DNA of 31,784 nucleotides from Candidatus Methylomirabilia bacterium (GCA_041496385.1 JBGQEL010000043.1:1-31784), one strand, 5' to 3'; shown: positions 7,680 to 17,410, counted from the first letter of the stretch. The notes: generated by a model not told the origin, from the letters alone. A program made the numbers and translations.

Positions 7680-10356
7680 GCAGCAGCGTCGGGAGCACGA
7701 TGAGCGACGCGACGAGCGTCGTCACGGTGCCGATCGTCAAGAGAAGCCCCAGCCCGAAGATCCCGCGGTGACTCGCGACGAGGAGGCTGCCGAACCCGGC
7801 GATCGTCGTGAGTCCGCTCGTCAGCACCGCGCCGTTCGTGCTCCGTGCGAGGAGCGGGCTTCCCTGCTCGCCGTCGTTCACGAAGCTCAGCACGATGTTC
7901 AGGCCGTACTCGGCGGCGCCGCCGAGGATCAATGGAAGGCCGAAAACGTTTCCCATGGTGACGTCGAGCCCCAGGAGGCCCATCAGCCCGCCGGTCCACG
8001 CGAGCCCCAGGCCCAGCGGAAGGAGCGCCAACGCGGTCTCGCGAACACGCCGGAGCATCACGAACGCGACGACGCTGACGAGCACGATCGCGTAGAGGGT
8101 CGCCTCCCGGTACGAGCGCTCCATCAGTCGGACCGTCTCGAACGTGATGATCGCCGGCCCGGTGACGTCGGGGTCCACCGTGCGCAGCTCCCCGGCGAAG
8201 CGCTGCGCGCCCGCGCGGTCCCAGATGTCGACCGCCGGATAGACGTGGAGGAGAAAGCCCCCCTGCTCGCTCACGAACTGGCGGCGGAAGTCCGCGGGCA
8301 GGTCGCCGGGGCCGATCTTCCGGGGCGCGAGATTGCGCCGAAGCCGCTCGAGACCCCGCGTGAAATCGAGATAGACGTCGTGCTGCAACGCGGCGAGGGC
8401 ACGTTCGCTCGCGCGATCGTCCTGACGGCGTAGCGCCCCGATCAGATTGGCCGTCTCCTCGCTCGCACGCCGAAGCTCGAGCTTGGCTTCGCCGGGCGGC
8501 GCCTCGCTTGCACCGAGCTCGAGGCGGCGGCGGAGCGTTCCGAGCGCCGCCAACAGACGCTCGAGATGGACGGGCATCTCGCCGCGAACCTTCACCTGCG
8601 TCAGGAACGGAGGAAACCTGCTGACAATCTGAAGCTTCTCCTCCTGGTCCGCCGGCAGGAGCGCCAGCGCCGAGTCGACCCTCGCGACGGCGCGCAACCG
8701 CCGGAACATCGCGTCGGTGCGCTGGAGCTCCTCGAGGGAAACCGCACGACTGAAGGCGGCGAAGCTGGAGCGCCCCCCCTCGAGGATCCGTCGCTCCCAC
8801 TGGACCGACTCCGTCTCCTTGGCCTGGAGATGGAGCAGATTGTAGTCAAAGCGGATCGTCCACGAGCCCCAGAAGGACAGCAAGGTGAGCAGGGCGGCGA
8901 CCACCACGAGCGGCCCCTTCCGGGCGCCGAGCCATGTCAGGAGCGGCGACCGCGCCGGTTGCAGCCCCCCGGCGCGCGCCACGGGGACCGCGGCGTGAGG
9001 CCCACGCGACCGCTCCCACAGGAGGAGCAGCGCGGGGAAGACGGTCATCATCGCGAGCCACGCACAAAGGATGGCGGAGCCGGCAATGAACCCGAGCTCC
9101 TGGAGACCGCGAAATTCGGTGAGCGTGAGCACGTAGAACGTGCCCGCGGCCGTGAGCGCGCCGGCGAGCATGCCCGGCCCGCCGCGGACCGCTGCAACCG
9201 CTATCGCGTCCGCCACCTCCCGGCCGCGCGACCGCTCTTCCTCGTAGCGGAAGAGATAGTAGATGCCGTAGTCGATCCCGATGCCGATGACGATGGAGAC
9301 GAACATGACGGAGAACAACGACAGGTGGCCCACCACAGCCGTGGCGACACCGATCGACCAGCAGAGACTGATCGCGAGCACGAGCAGCATCAGCAGCGGC
9401 TTCGCCACCTGGCGGAATGCCGCGAGAAGCACGGCGAGCGTCAGGACGAGGGCGACCACCGTGGCGACCTGCGAGTCGCTGAACGCCCGGGTCATCTCGT
9501 CGTTGGACAGCGCGGGTCTTCCCGTCACACCGACGCGCACGCGGGGGTACTCGGGTCGCAGAGCGGCGATCGCGCCGCGCGTGCCCTCGATGGCGCGGGC
9601 GTTGTCGGTGAAACTACCGGCCTCGCTCCGAGGCTCCGCGAGGACGAACAGGAGCCGCTCGTCCTCGGACAGAAAGTAGCCCTCGCTCGCCTCGTCGCCC
9701 CGGCCGAGCGAGATCGCGGAGTCCCACAGCGAGCGATAGGGCGCGGGATTCGCCAGTCGGCTCGACAGCTGAGACACCAGGTCGCTGACGAAGCGCAGGT
9801 CGGGGCCAGACCTCGCGTCGTCGAGACCCAGATCGAGGAAGCGCGACGCGAACTCTGCGGCGATCTCGCCCGCGACGCCTTGGATGAAGGCGTCGAGCGT
9901 CGGACGCGCCGCGAAGGACTGGACGAACGCCTCGTGGTCGAAGAGCTTGCCGCGGAGGTCGATCAGCTGCTCCGTCGAGAGATAGAGCAGCGCGTGGCCG
10001 TCGAGCAGACCCGGATCGGCCCGATACGTGACCCGCCGCAACGGAACCCGACGAGCTCGCAGCTCCTGCGCCAGGCGCTCGGCATACGCCTTTCCTTCCG
10101 CGACGGAGGGCGCCTCCACGGCGATCACGAGCGCGTCGACTTCCCGGAACTCGCGGTCGTACTGCACGGAGCGCTGGATATACGCGGCGTTGGGCGGGAG
10201 CAGCGCCAGCTCCGACGTGTTGAGGTACAGCGCCGACACGCTGTACCAGATCGACGCGGCGGCCAGCGCCAGCGCGAGGCCGACCGTGATCGCGGGTCGC
10301 ACGCAGGCTGCGCCAACGAGCCGGGACAGGGCGCGGCCGGTTCCGGGAGTGGTCAT
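7609..10356 (-). CDS. hpnN: MMPL/RND family hopanoid transporter HpnN-like
   Basis: Two RND repeats (VTGRPALSNDE; IGIGIDYGIY; VTGPAIITFE; GLTTIAGFGSLLVASHRGIFGLG) and position in the hpnI-J-L cluster; 3' end overlaps the crotonase gene. Confidence 0.85.
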   Translation of the reverse strand: MTTPGTGRALSRLVGAACVRPAITVGLALALAAASIWYSVSALYLNTSELALLPPNAAYIQRSVQYDREFREVDALVIAVEAPSVAEGKAYAERLAQELRARRVPLRRVTYRADPGLLDGHALLYLSTEQLIDLRGKLFDHEAFVQSFAARPTLDAFIQGVAGEIAAEFASRFLDLGLDDARSGPDLRFVSDLVSQLSSRLANPAPYRSLWDSAISLGRGDEASEGYFLSEDERLLFVLAEPRSEAGSFTDNARAIEGTRGAIAALRPEYPRVRVGVTGRPALSNDEMTRAFSDSQVATVVALVLTLAVLLAAFRQVAKPLLMLLVLAISLCWSIGVATAVVGHLSLFSVMFVSIVIGIGIDYGIYYLFRYEEERSRGREVADAIAVAAVRGGPGMLAGALTAAGTFYVLTLTEFRGLQELGFIAGSAILCAWLAMMTVFPALLLLWERSRGPHAAVPVARAGGLQPARSPLLTWLGARKGPLVVVAALLTLLSFWGSWTIRFDYNLLHLQAKETESVQWERRILEGGRSSFAAFSRAVSLEELQRTDAMFRRLRAVARVDSALALLPADQEEKLQIVSRFPPFLTQVKVRGEMPVHLERLLAALGTLRRRLELGASEAPPGEAKLELRRASEETANLIGALRRQDDRASERALAALQHDVYLDFTRGLERLRRNLAPRKIGPGDLPADFRRQFVSEQGGFLLHVYPAVDIWDRAGAQRFAGELRTVDPDVTGPAIITFETVRLMERSYREATLYAIVLVSVVAFVMLRRVRETALALLPLGLGLAWTGGLMGLLGLDVTMGNVFGLPLILGGAAEYGLNIVLSFVNDGEQGSPLLARSTNGAVLTSGLTTIAGFGSLLVASHRGIFGLGLLLTIGTVTTLVASLIVLPTLLLSGPGRRACASRARPRGPRPCPP

Positions 10357-10383
10357 GGCTCGGAGCCGGTCAGGGACGACCGG

Positions 10384-11379
10384 CTAGGGTGAGAGGGTCT
10401 TGGGGAGGAGGCCCGATGGTTCCCGAGCGCCCCCCCGCTTCCTGTACGTGTTGTACAGCAGCAGGCCCGTTCCCGCCCACACCAGCTCGCGAACGTGCCG
10501 GACGATTCCGAAGGCCAACCCGGAGGTCGGCGAAAGGCCCAGCCACGCGAAGATGGCGGTCTTGCCGCCCTCCTGCGTTCCCAGCTTGGCCGGAACCATG
10601 AACAGGACACTGTCGATCGCGGTCGAAAGCACCTCGATGGTCACCGCGGTTCCGATCGAAACAGGAACCCCGAGGAAATGACAGATCCAGAACGCTTCGA
10701 CCGCTCCCCACGCGTAGCCGAGCACGAAGAACAGCGTCGACGCGGCAAAGCGGCCCGGATGGGCCCGGAAGAACAGCCGCAGCCAGGTACCGAGCGCACG
10801 GATTCCCACGCGGGCGGGTGGACTCTCTGTCTTCCCGTCGGGCACGCCGCGATACCTCGAGCGCAGCTCGAAGAACATGAGGCCGGCGAGCGCCAGGGTG
10901 AACCCCGCGGCAAGCGCATCGCCGAGGCTCCGGTATTGCCAGGGCAGCTGGGGGTGGCTCCGCACCACGAACATCAGTCCAAAGAGGATGAAGATGATCT
11001 GGCCCAGCGTCTGTGTGCACTTGGCGACGAGCACGGAGGTCGCGCGGACCGGCGTTCCGTGGGACTGATTCAGCATCGTGGTTCGCGTGATCTCCCCGGC
11101 GATGGTCGCGCTCGGCGTCAGATAGTTGATCGCGTCGCCGGTCACGCGCAGCCGGAAGAGCTCCGCGAGCGAAAACGAGGGCACGTGGGCGGCCGCGAAG
11201 GCGAAGCGCCACCCCACGGCGTTGAGCAGGTGGGCAATCGCTTCCTGCAGGACGATCAGCACCATGCCCCAACCCACCTGGAACACGAGCCCGGCCACCG
11301 CGGCGACGTCCATCTTCCAGAGCAGCACACCGAAGGTCACCGCTCCGACGAGCAGCATGACCTTCTCGAACGTCCTCAT
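10384..11379 (-). CDS. hpnL: HpnL-like lysylphosphatidylglycerol synthase TM / flippase-like membrane protein
   Basis: Likely start MRTFEK at 11379 (ATGA overlap). GDAINYLTPSATIAGE, FMVPAKLGTQEGG and GIVRHVRELVW are characteristic of this family. Confidence 0.8.
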   Translation of the reverse strand: MRTFEKVMLLVGAVTFGVLLWKMDVAAVAGLVFQVGWGMVLIVLQEAIAHLLNAVGWRFAFAAAHVPSFSLAELFRLRVTGDAINYLTPSATIAGEITRTTMLNQSHGTPVRATSVLVAKCTQTLGQIIFILFGLMFVVRSHPQLPWQYRSLGDALAAGFTLALAGLMFFELRSRYRGVPDGKTESPPARVGIRALGTWLRLFFRAHPGRFAASTLFFVLGYAWGAVEAFWICHFLGVPVSIGTAVTIEVLSTAIDSVLFMVPAKLGTQEGGKTAIFAWLGLSPTSGLAFGIVRHVRELVWAGTGLLLYNTYRKRGGAREPSGLLPKTLSP

Positions 11380-14030
11380 GCGGGGCGCGTCCGGCGAGAC
11401 ATCCACCAGAGGCTCATCCAGAACAGGTTGGCCCCGATCGCGGCGGCCCAGACGAACCACTCCAGGCGGCCGATCGCCGTCAGCGCCAGGACGACGTACA
11501 CGTAGTCGCGACTGGCGATGCGCTCATAGATCCGTTTGAATCCGTCGCGGCGATGCAGGGGAAGGCGATTGATCAGCCACCACACGGACGCCATGCTGAC
11601 GACGACGCCGAAGAGCAGGAGGAGTGCCGGACCCGCCAGGCTCAGGTCCGGGCGGACGCGACGCACGTGGAGATAGATGGCAAGAAAGGTCGCCACATGG
11701 ACGATGTCGTCCGTGGCGGCGTCGAAGCGGGCGCCGGACGGCGACGCCAGGAGCTTGAGCCGAGCCACCTCCCCGTCGCAGCCGTCGAGAATGCAACTCG
11801 CCCACAACAGGAGGACGCCGAGCAGCGCGATCCCGGAGGCGCCGAAGGCCAGCAGCGCGGCGCCGGCGAGGCCGACGACGAGGCTCACTCCCGTGATCAG
11901 GTTGGGCGTGACCGGTGTTCGAATCAGCAGGCGTGAGACTCGAATGGAGAGCGCGCGATCGAGGCGCGCCAAATAACCGTCGCTCGGCTGACGCAGGGAT
12001 CCGAACAGGCGACGCTCGGCGCCTCGTACGCTGGCGGCGTCGTGGACGTCGCTCCACGCGTCCGGCGCCACCTGCACGCGAGTGGCGCCGGGATCCGACA
12101 GCGCCCCTCGCGGAAACTCCCCCGACCCAGACGGGAGCAGCTCCAGGAGCGCCCGCGCCGACGGGTAGTATGTGGCGACCGCCGTTCCCTGCCAGATCCA
12201 CGTCGTCCGCTCTTTTCTCCCCGTCGCGCGACCGAGCAGGTCACGCAGCTGGCGCGGGTCCGGCATCGCCTCGGGAGCCAGCAGGAGCACGGGTGATTCT
12301 GGATCGAGCTCCTGAGCGATGGAGGGCGACCCCCCGAAGGCGCCGATCTCCCTCAAGGGCAGCCCGACGAGCTGTCGTCGCCAGGAGCGGGCGAACCCCG
12401 CCGATTCCGCGCAGATCAAAATGCGGCCGACGGCGGGCCATGCGCTGAGGTCGCGGGCGGTCCGTACCACCGCGGGAACCGACGCGACCGTGGGCAACCG
12501 ACGAGGCCCGGAGAGCACGACCTGCAGCCGCGCGGCAGCCCCGGCGGTTCCGACCGCCCGCTGCTGAGCGTCCGCGGGCGCCGGAGCCGCCGCGTGGCGG
12601 TTACGGGCGGCGAGAAACTGGATGAACTCGCGTCCCTCGCGGAGCCGCCGCCGACACACGTCACGATCGGCGACCATCTCCTTCGCGATCGCGATGATCT
12701 TTCGAGGGCGGAAGTAGAATCGTCGATAGAACTCCCCGGTGCCGCGCGAAATCTCCGTGCTCGCGAGGTGCGGATACGAGAGCGCGCTCACCTGCGCGCC
12801 GCGCGCGTCGACGAGCGCGTCCCCCGTGAGCCACCCGTTGGCTTCCGCCTGCCGAAAGAGCTCGGTCCCGGGGTACGGCGCGGCGATCGACACCTGAACC
12901 GTGTCGGGATCGATGTCCCTGGCGAACTCCATCGTCTCCTGCATCGTCTCGCGCGTCTCCCCGGGCAGCCCCAGAATGAACGTGCCGTGAATCTTGATGC
13001 CGAGCGCCTTCGCGTGTCGCGTGAACTGTCGCGCCGCGTCGAGACGGATGCCCTTCTTCACGTTGTTCAGGATGGCCTGGTTCCCCGACTCGTACCCCAC
13101 GAGCAGCAGGCGGAGTCCATTGTCCTTCAGCACCTCGAGCGTGCCGTACGGGACGTTCGCCTTGGCGTTGCACGACCAGGTGACGCCCATCTTGCCGAGA
13201 CGACGCGCGAGGGCCTCGATGCGGGGCAGATCGTCGGTCAGCGTGTCGTCATCGAAGAAATACTCTCGAACCTGCGGAAAGTAGCGGGTCGCCAGCGCGA
13301 CCTCGTTCGCCACGTGGTCGATGCTCCGCGTGCGGTAGCGATGCCCGCCGACCGTCTGCGGCCAAAGACAGAACGTGCATTTCGAACGGCAGCCGCGCCC
13401 GGTGTAGAGCGAGACGTAGGGATGCAGCAGGTAGCCGATGGCGTAGTGCTCGACGACGAGGTCGCGCTTGTAGACCTCGACCACGAAGGGGAGCTCGTCC
13501 ATGTTCTCCAGCAGAGGGCGGTCCGGCATGTGCCGAAGCTTTCCGTTCGCCCGGAAGCTGAGACCGAGCACCGTGTCGAGCGGTTTGCCCTGGGCCACCT
13601 CCTGGATCGTCAGGTCGAACTCGTTGCGCGCCACGAAGTCGATGGCGTGGGACGCCGACAGCGCTCGACGCGGATCCACCGCCACGTGAGCCCCGACGAA
13701 GCCGACTCGAAGGTCCGGGTTCCTCGCCTTCAACGCCTCCGCCATCCGGACGTCGTGGGCGAACGACGGCGTGCTGGTATGGAGGACGGCCAGCTCGTAG
13801 TCAGAGGCCAGCGGACGAAGGTCCTCGGGGGTGAGCCCTTCGGGGGGAGCGTCGATCAGGCGCGAACCCGGCACCAGGGCCGCGGGTTGCGCGAGCCAGG
13901 TCGGGTACCAGAACGAACGGATCTCCCGGCGCGCCTGGTAGCGTGAGCCCGCGCCGCCGTCGAAGCCGTCGTACGAGGGCGGGTGCAGAAAAAGCGTGCG
14001 CAGATACGGACGATCGGCAGAATCTATCAC
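11376..14030 (-). CDS. hpnJ: Hopanoid radical SAM protein HpnJ fused to a degenerate nucleotidyltransferase-like region and a CDP-alcohol phosphatidyltransferase domain (~884 aa)
   Basis: GTG at 14030 with RBS AGGAG overlaps the hpnI stop. TLFLHPPSYDGFDGGAGSRYQARREIRSFWYPTWLAQPAA and CRSKCTFC match HpnJ; the C-terminus has TPNLIT and DGCDGEVARLKLLASPSGARFDAATD (CDP-AP motif). Confidence 0.88.
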   Translation of the reverse strand: MIDSADRPYLRTLFLHPPSYDGFDGGAGSRYQARREIRSFWYPTWLAQPAALVPGSRLIDAPPEGLTPEDLRPLASDYELAVLHTSTPSFAHDVRMAEALKARNPDLRVGFVGAHVAVDPRRALSASHAIDFVARNEFDLTIQEVAQGKPLDTVLGLSFRANGKLRHMPDRPLLENMDELPFVVEVYKRDLVVEHYAIGYLLHPYVSLYTGRGCRSKCTFCLWPQTVGGHRYRTRSIDHVANEVALATRYFPQVREYFFDDDTLTDDLPRIEALARRLGKMGVTWSCNAKANVPYGTLEVLKDNGLRLLLVGYESGNQAILNNVKKGIRLDAARQFTRHAKALGIKIHGTFILGLPGETRETMQETMEFARDIDPDTVQVSIAAPYPGTELFRQAEANGWLTGDALVDARGAQVSALSYPHLASTEISRGTGEFYRRFYFRPRKIIAIAKEMVADRDVCRRRLREGREFIQFLAARNRHAAAPAPADAQQRAVGTAGAAARLQVVLSGPRRLPTVASVPAVVRTARDLSAWPAVGRILICAESAGFARSWRRQLVGLPLREIGAFGGSPSIAQELDPESPVLLLAPEAMPDPRQLRDLLGRATGRKERTTWIWQGTAVATYYPSARALLELLPSGSGEFPRGALSDPGATRVQVAPDAWSDVHDAASVRGAERRLFGSLRQPSDGYLARLDRALSIRVSRLLIRTPVTPNLITGVSLVVGLAGAALLAFGASGIALLGVLLLWASCILDGCDGEVARLKLLASPSGARFDAATDDIVHVATFLAIYLHVRRVRPDLSLAGPALLLLFGVVVSMASVWWLINRLPLHRRDGFKRIYERIASRDYVYVVLALTAIGRLEWFVWAAAIGANLFWMSLWWMSRRTRPA

Positions 14031-15253
14031 GTGGACTCCTCCCGCTTGGATCCGAGCGGAGCTGGGCCAACCGTGCGGTCGAGGCGAACCCATCCCTCCA
14101 CCCAGCTCCGGCGCTCGAGACAACCATCCCGTCGAACGCGAAATCTCTCATCGTCCCAGCGCACGGAGCTGCCCAGAAAGCTGAGCACTCCCAGCAGGCA
14201 CGAGGCGAGGTCGCGGACGGGGACCAAGCAGACTTCCGACCATGACGTGTGGAGGCCGATGGATCGGTCGAGCACCAGGCGTCCAACACACCGCAAGCCG
14301 ATGTGTACGACGGCTGCGGCGCAGGCGAGGCGACCGGCCGCTCCAGCGGCGAGCCAAAGGAGCGATAGCGGGAACCCGTACGTGAGGAGCGAGCAGAAGT
14401 ACGACACGGGACGGAGCGTACGAAGTGTCCGTGCCCACCGAAGCTCGCGGAAGAAGAGCGTCCCGAGGTCGCGATCGGCGATGATCGTATTCACGACGTA
14501 GGGCGCGAGCACCACGCGGAATCCCTGGCGGCTCACGAGCCTCCCCAGCATGTAGTCGTCCGCGAGCTGATCGGCCACCGCCTCCACGCCGCCGATCGCA
14601 CGGAGCGTGTCCCGCCGAGCGGCAATGGTGGCACCGAAGGCGTGCCGGAGCGGTCCGAGTCGCGTGCTCACGAGCGCCGCCGGGAAGAACCACTCGTTCA
14701 CGAACATGGCGCCGAGGCGGGAGACGACGCCGCGAGCCCCGACGCCGCGATAGAGGCAGGTCACCAGCCCGACGGCCGGGTCCTCGAGCGGAGCGACCAC
14801 GGCGCGCAGGTAGCCGGGACCCACCCGGATGTCGCTGTCGGCCAGGACGAGCGCGTCGTACTTCGCGTGGCCGACGAGATTCGCGAGATTGCTGATCTTC
14901 GGATTGGTGCCGATGGCCCGCTCGTCGACGACGAGCGTCAGGTCGACCTCCGGAAGCTCTCGCAGGAGACGCTCGACGACGGCGATCGCGGGATCGTCAC
15001 GCTCCCGTACCCCGAAGATCACCTGGTAGGTCGGATAGTCCTGGACGCAGACGGTCCGTAGATTTTCGTACAGCTGCCCGTCGTCACCCTTGAGGGGCTT
15101 CAGCACGGTTACAGGAGGCACGAAGTGCGAGGCCGCCGGTCGCCGCCTGTGGAACACCACGACGGACCCCAGCGCGCCCAGCCAGTAGACCGCCGCAAAG
15201 AGGGTGATGCCGAGAAAGATGAAGTCGATCGTCGACATGGCCGTGGTGTTCAC
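14027..15253 (-). CDS. hpnI: Bacteriohopanetetrol glucosamine biosynthesis glycosyltransferase HpnI (GT2, ceramide glucosyltransferase-like)
   Basis: PPVTVLKPLKG, GTNPKISNL, ADSDIRV, LADDYMLG, RELRWARTLR; directly upstream of hpnJ. Confidence 0.9.
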   Translation of the reverse strand: MNTTAMSTIDFIFLGITLFAAVYWLGALGSVVVFHRRRPAASHFVPPVTVLKPLKGDDGQLYENLRTVCVQDYPTYQVIFGVRERDDPAIAVVERLLRELPEVDLTLVVDERAIGTNPKISNLANLVGHAKYDALVLADSDIRVGPGYLRAVVAPLEDPAVGLVTCLYRGVGARGVVSRLGAMFVNEWFFPAALVSTRLGPLRHAFGATIAARRDTLRAIGGVEAVADQLADDYMLGRLVSRQGFRVVLAPYVVNTIIADRDLGTLFFRELRWARTLRTLRPVSYFCSLLTYGFPLSLLWLAAGAAGRLACAAAVVHIGLRCVGRLVLDRSIGLHTSWSEVCLVPVRDLASCLLGVLSFLGSSVRWDDERFRVRRDGCLERRSWVEGWVRLDRTVGPAPLGSKREEST

Positions 15254-15408
15254 GCCTCGCCGTCACCGCATCCACGTGTCGCGTGGCTCATGCCCGTCTC
15301 CCCGTGCGCATAGGTTGAGGTCATACGGCGCGCCGGCAGGAGGGCGGGCGCGACCGCACGTCTGCGCGACATCCTGGCCGGCGGGGCCAGGCTGGCGCTA
15401 GTCGCGTA

Positions 15409-15720
15409 TCAGTGGTGGCTCGGGGAGCTTACGGGCGGCGCGCGAGGCGAGGCGGCGGCGCGAGGCGGTGTCGGGCTGAGCTCTCGCTCCGGCAAATCGA
15501 CCTGGGCGATGGGTATCCAGAGCGGTGGTCGAGCATCGACGGGTGACGGGTCGTCGATGGCGGAGGCGCGAGTGATGAGGATGACCGCGTTGTCGAAATC
15601 GTCATCGTCCCAGTAGCCGGCGATCCATGTCGGGTCGGGCGGATCGGCAAACGCTGCGGTCGGGAGTCCGACCAGAAGGGTCGCGACGAGGACGGCGACG
15701 ACGCAACGAGCTAGAATCAC
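15409..15720 (-). CDS. Small exported protein (103 aa) with signal peptide, acidic motif and near-C-terminal RAPP; candidate ribosome-arrest leader peptide
   Basis: Hydrophobic N-terminus ending TAAFA-DP; DPPDPTWIAGYWDDDDFD; SPRAPP followed by 7 residues; promoter-like elements immediately upstream of GTG. Confidence 0.75.
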   Translation of the reverse strand: MILARCVVAVLVATLLVGLPTAAFADPPDPTWIAGYWDDDDFDNAVILITRASAIDDPSPVDARPPLWIPIAQVDLPERELSPTPPRAAASPRAPPVSSPSHH

Positions 15721-15725
15721 ACCGT

Positions 15726-15754
15726 ATAATTGCCCCGCTTCCCGACGCGGTCAA
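15726..15754 (-). promoter_or_regulatory. Putative sigma70-type promoter for the RAPP ORF (leaderless transcript)
   Basis: TTGACC (15749-15754), 17-nt spacer, AATTAT (15726-15731); GTG start follows after 5 nt with no SD. Confidence 0.5.
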
Positions 15755-15768
15755 GGAGAATCTGGGCG

Positions 15769-17337
15769 TCAACCCTCACGATAAATCAGCAGGAAGAGCC
15801 CCACCGCTCCGAGTCCGATCGCCCAGAGCCGGCCGGGCAGCCGGTCGTCCGGCGGCGTGAGCCGCAACTCGAGCCACCGGGCCCAGCCGACGAACGTGCC
15901 CAGGATCCCGAGGGGAGCATGCGTCACCTCGATGAGAACCTGCTCCTTCAGATTATCCCCGGCGTGGGTGTGCGCGAGCAGGAGACCCCCGCCGATGGCG
16001 CAGAGCACCGGAAAGATCAGCGCATAGCCCTTCGCGCGGAGGCGCTCGGTACGCACCGCCCACTCGAAGAGCCCGAAGGCCACGATCAGCAGCACGAACA
16101 CGCGGTGCTGGAGGACGACGGGATCCCCCATGGTCTCCCAGAAGCCGAACGGCCCGAGCGGCCACGCCTCGGGATCGTTCCGCATGAACAGGAAGGCAGC
16201 AAGGCCGAGAAAGATCAACGGCCAGTGACGCGCCCAGCGCGCCCAGGGCATGCCCTGCACGACGGCGAGCAGCCCCATGGCGAGCACGAACAGGCCGGCC
16301 ACGTGGTGGTTGTACTCGGACCACGCGCGGTCCTCGGCGGAGCGCGGGGTGTCCCGATCGGGGAGCGGCAGGTCCTCGATCGCTGGCGACGTCAGCGTCG
16401 GCCAGTCGAGCGCGAATCGAGTCCCCATCTCGGCGAGCGTCGCGCGATCGGCCGCGACGACATCGACGGCCGGCGGGACCGACGTGAGCGAGGCGGCGAC
16501 GAACAGGACGGTGAGACCCAGCCCGACCTCGGCTTCGACGAAATGACGGACGCGCGCGAGGGAGACGCCCACGCCGGCCGGGAGCCGCCGCGTCGCCAGA
16601 AAGTTGACGGCGCCGAGGCCCAAGAGGCCGGCGAGAAGCACGCCCTTGGTCAGGATCATCACGCCGTACGCCGTCCCCAGGAGCGCCTGGAGACCATCGA
16701 GGTAGCGAGCCGAAAGCCCGATCCCCGCCACGATCAGCGTCGCCACGGTCAGGAGCGCGTTCGCCGAAAACCGACGCAGCACGGCCACCGGCCAGGGCGG
16801 CCCATCGCTGCGAAACGCGGCGGCCGTCAGATGCAGGAGCCCCCCCACCCAGACCGCGGCCGCGAGCTGATGAAGCGTGTCGAGCACCAGCAGGAGACCC
16901 CGGGGGTCGAGACGCGCTGCCGCGTGGCTCATCGCGGCGGAGCTGGCCACCAGCCCCACGCTGCAGGCAACCAGCGCGACCCACACCCCGACCCGCCGCG
17001 GGTCTCGCCGGCTCATCCGGCAGCCGGCCACGAGCGCGACGCACGCAGCGAGGCGAACGGCGCTCGCGGCGAAATAGATGGTGGCGACGAATTCACGAAC
17101 GGGCCAGCCGTTTTCGTCGGCGAGAGCATGGAGCTGGACGACGACCGCCAGGCACTGCGCGATGGCGACGCCCGCGCTGCTCGCCTCGACGAGCCTCAGC
17201 GATCGGGCCAAGACCGGCGCGAGGCCCGCCGTCGTCGTGGGCCGCAGCACCAGGACGATGAAGAACACTCCACCGACGGCGCCGGCCTGGCTCGCCAGGC
17301 CCACGCCCCGGAGGAGGAGGTCGAGCCACGCGGTCAC
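15769..17337 (-). CDS. CopD family copper-resistance / multi-pass membrane protein
   Basis: MSHAAARL, LHQLAAAVWVGGLLHL, RRFS, GTAYGVMILTK (CopD core) plus WSEYNHHVAG and His-rich C-terminal TM region; RBS GGAGG. Confidence 0.8.
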   Translation of the reverse strand: MTAWLDLLLRGVGLASQAGAVGGVFFIVLVLRPTTTAGLAPVLARSLRLVEASSAGVAIAQCLAVVVQLHALADENGWPVREFVATIYFAASAVRLAACVALVAGCRMSRRDPRRVGVWVALVACSVGLVASSAAMSHAAARLDPRGLLLVLDTLHQLAAAVWVGGLLHLTAAAFRSDGPPWPVAVLRRFSANALLTVATLIVAGIGLSARYLDGLQALLGTAYGVMILTKGVLLAGLLGLGAVNFLATRRLPAGVGVSLARVRHFVEAEVGLGLTVLFVAASLTSVPPAVDVVAADRATLAEMGTRFALDWPTLTSPAIEDLPLPDRDTPRSAEDRAWSEYNHHVAGLFVLAMGLLAVVQGMPWARWARHWPLIFLGLAAFLFMRNDPEAWPLGPFGFWETMGDPVVLQHRVFVLLIVAFGLFEWAVRTERLRAKGYALIFPVLCAIGGGLLLAHTHAGDNLKEQVLIEVTHAPLGILGTFVGWARWLELRLTPPDDRLPGRLWAIGLGAVGLFLLIYREG

Positions 17338-17410
17338 GAAAGACGCACCTCCCGATCGTGATCATACCGGCTCTCGCCCGCGGCCGCCGTCATCGTCTAC
17401 ACTTGGACGC

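Noticed and set aside
15725..15730. Perfect TATAAT on the + strand
   Set aside because: No matching -35 and it points antisense into copD; better explained as the complement of the minus-strand promoter.
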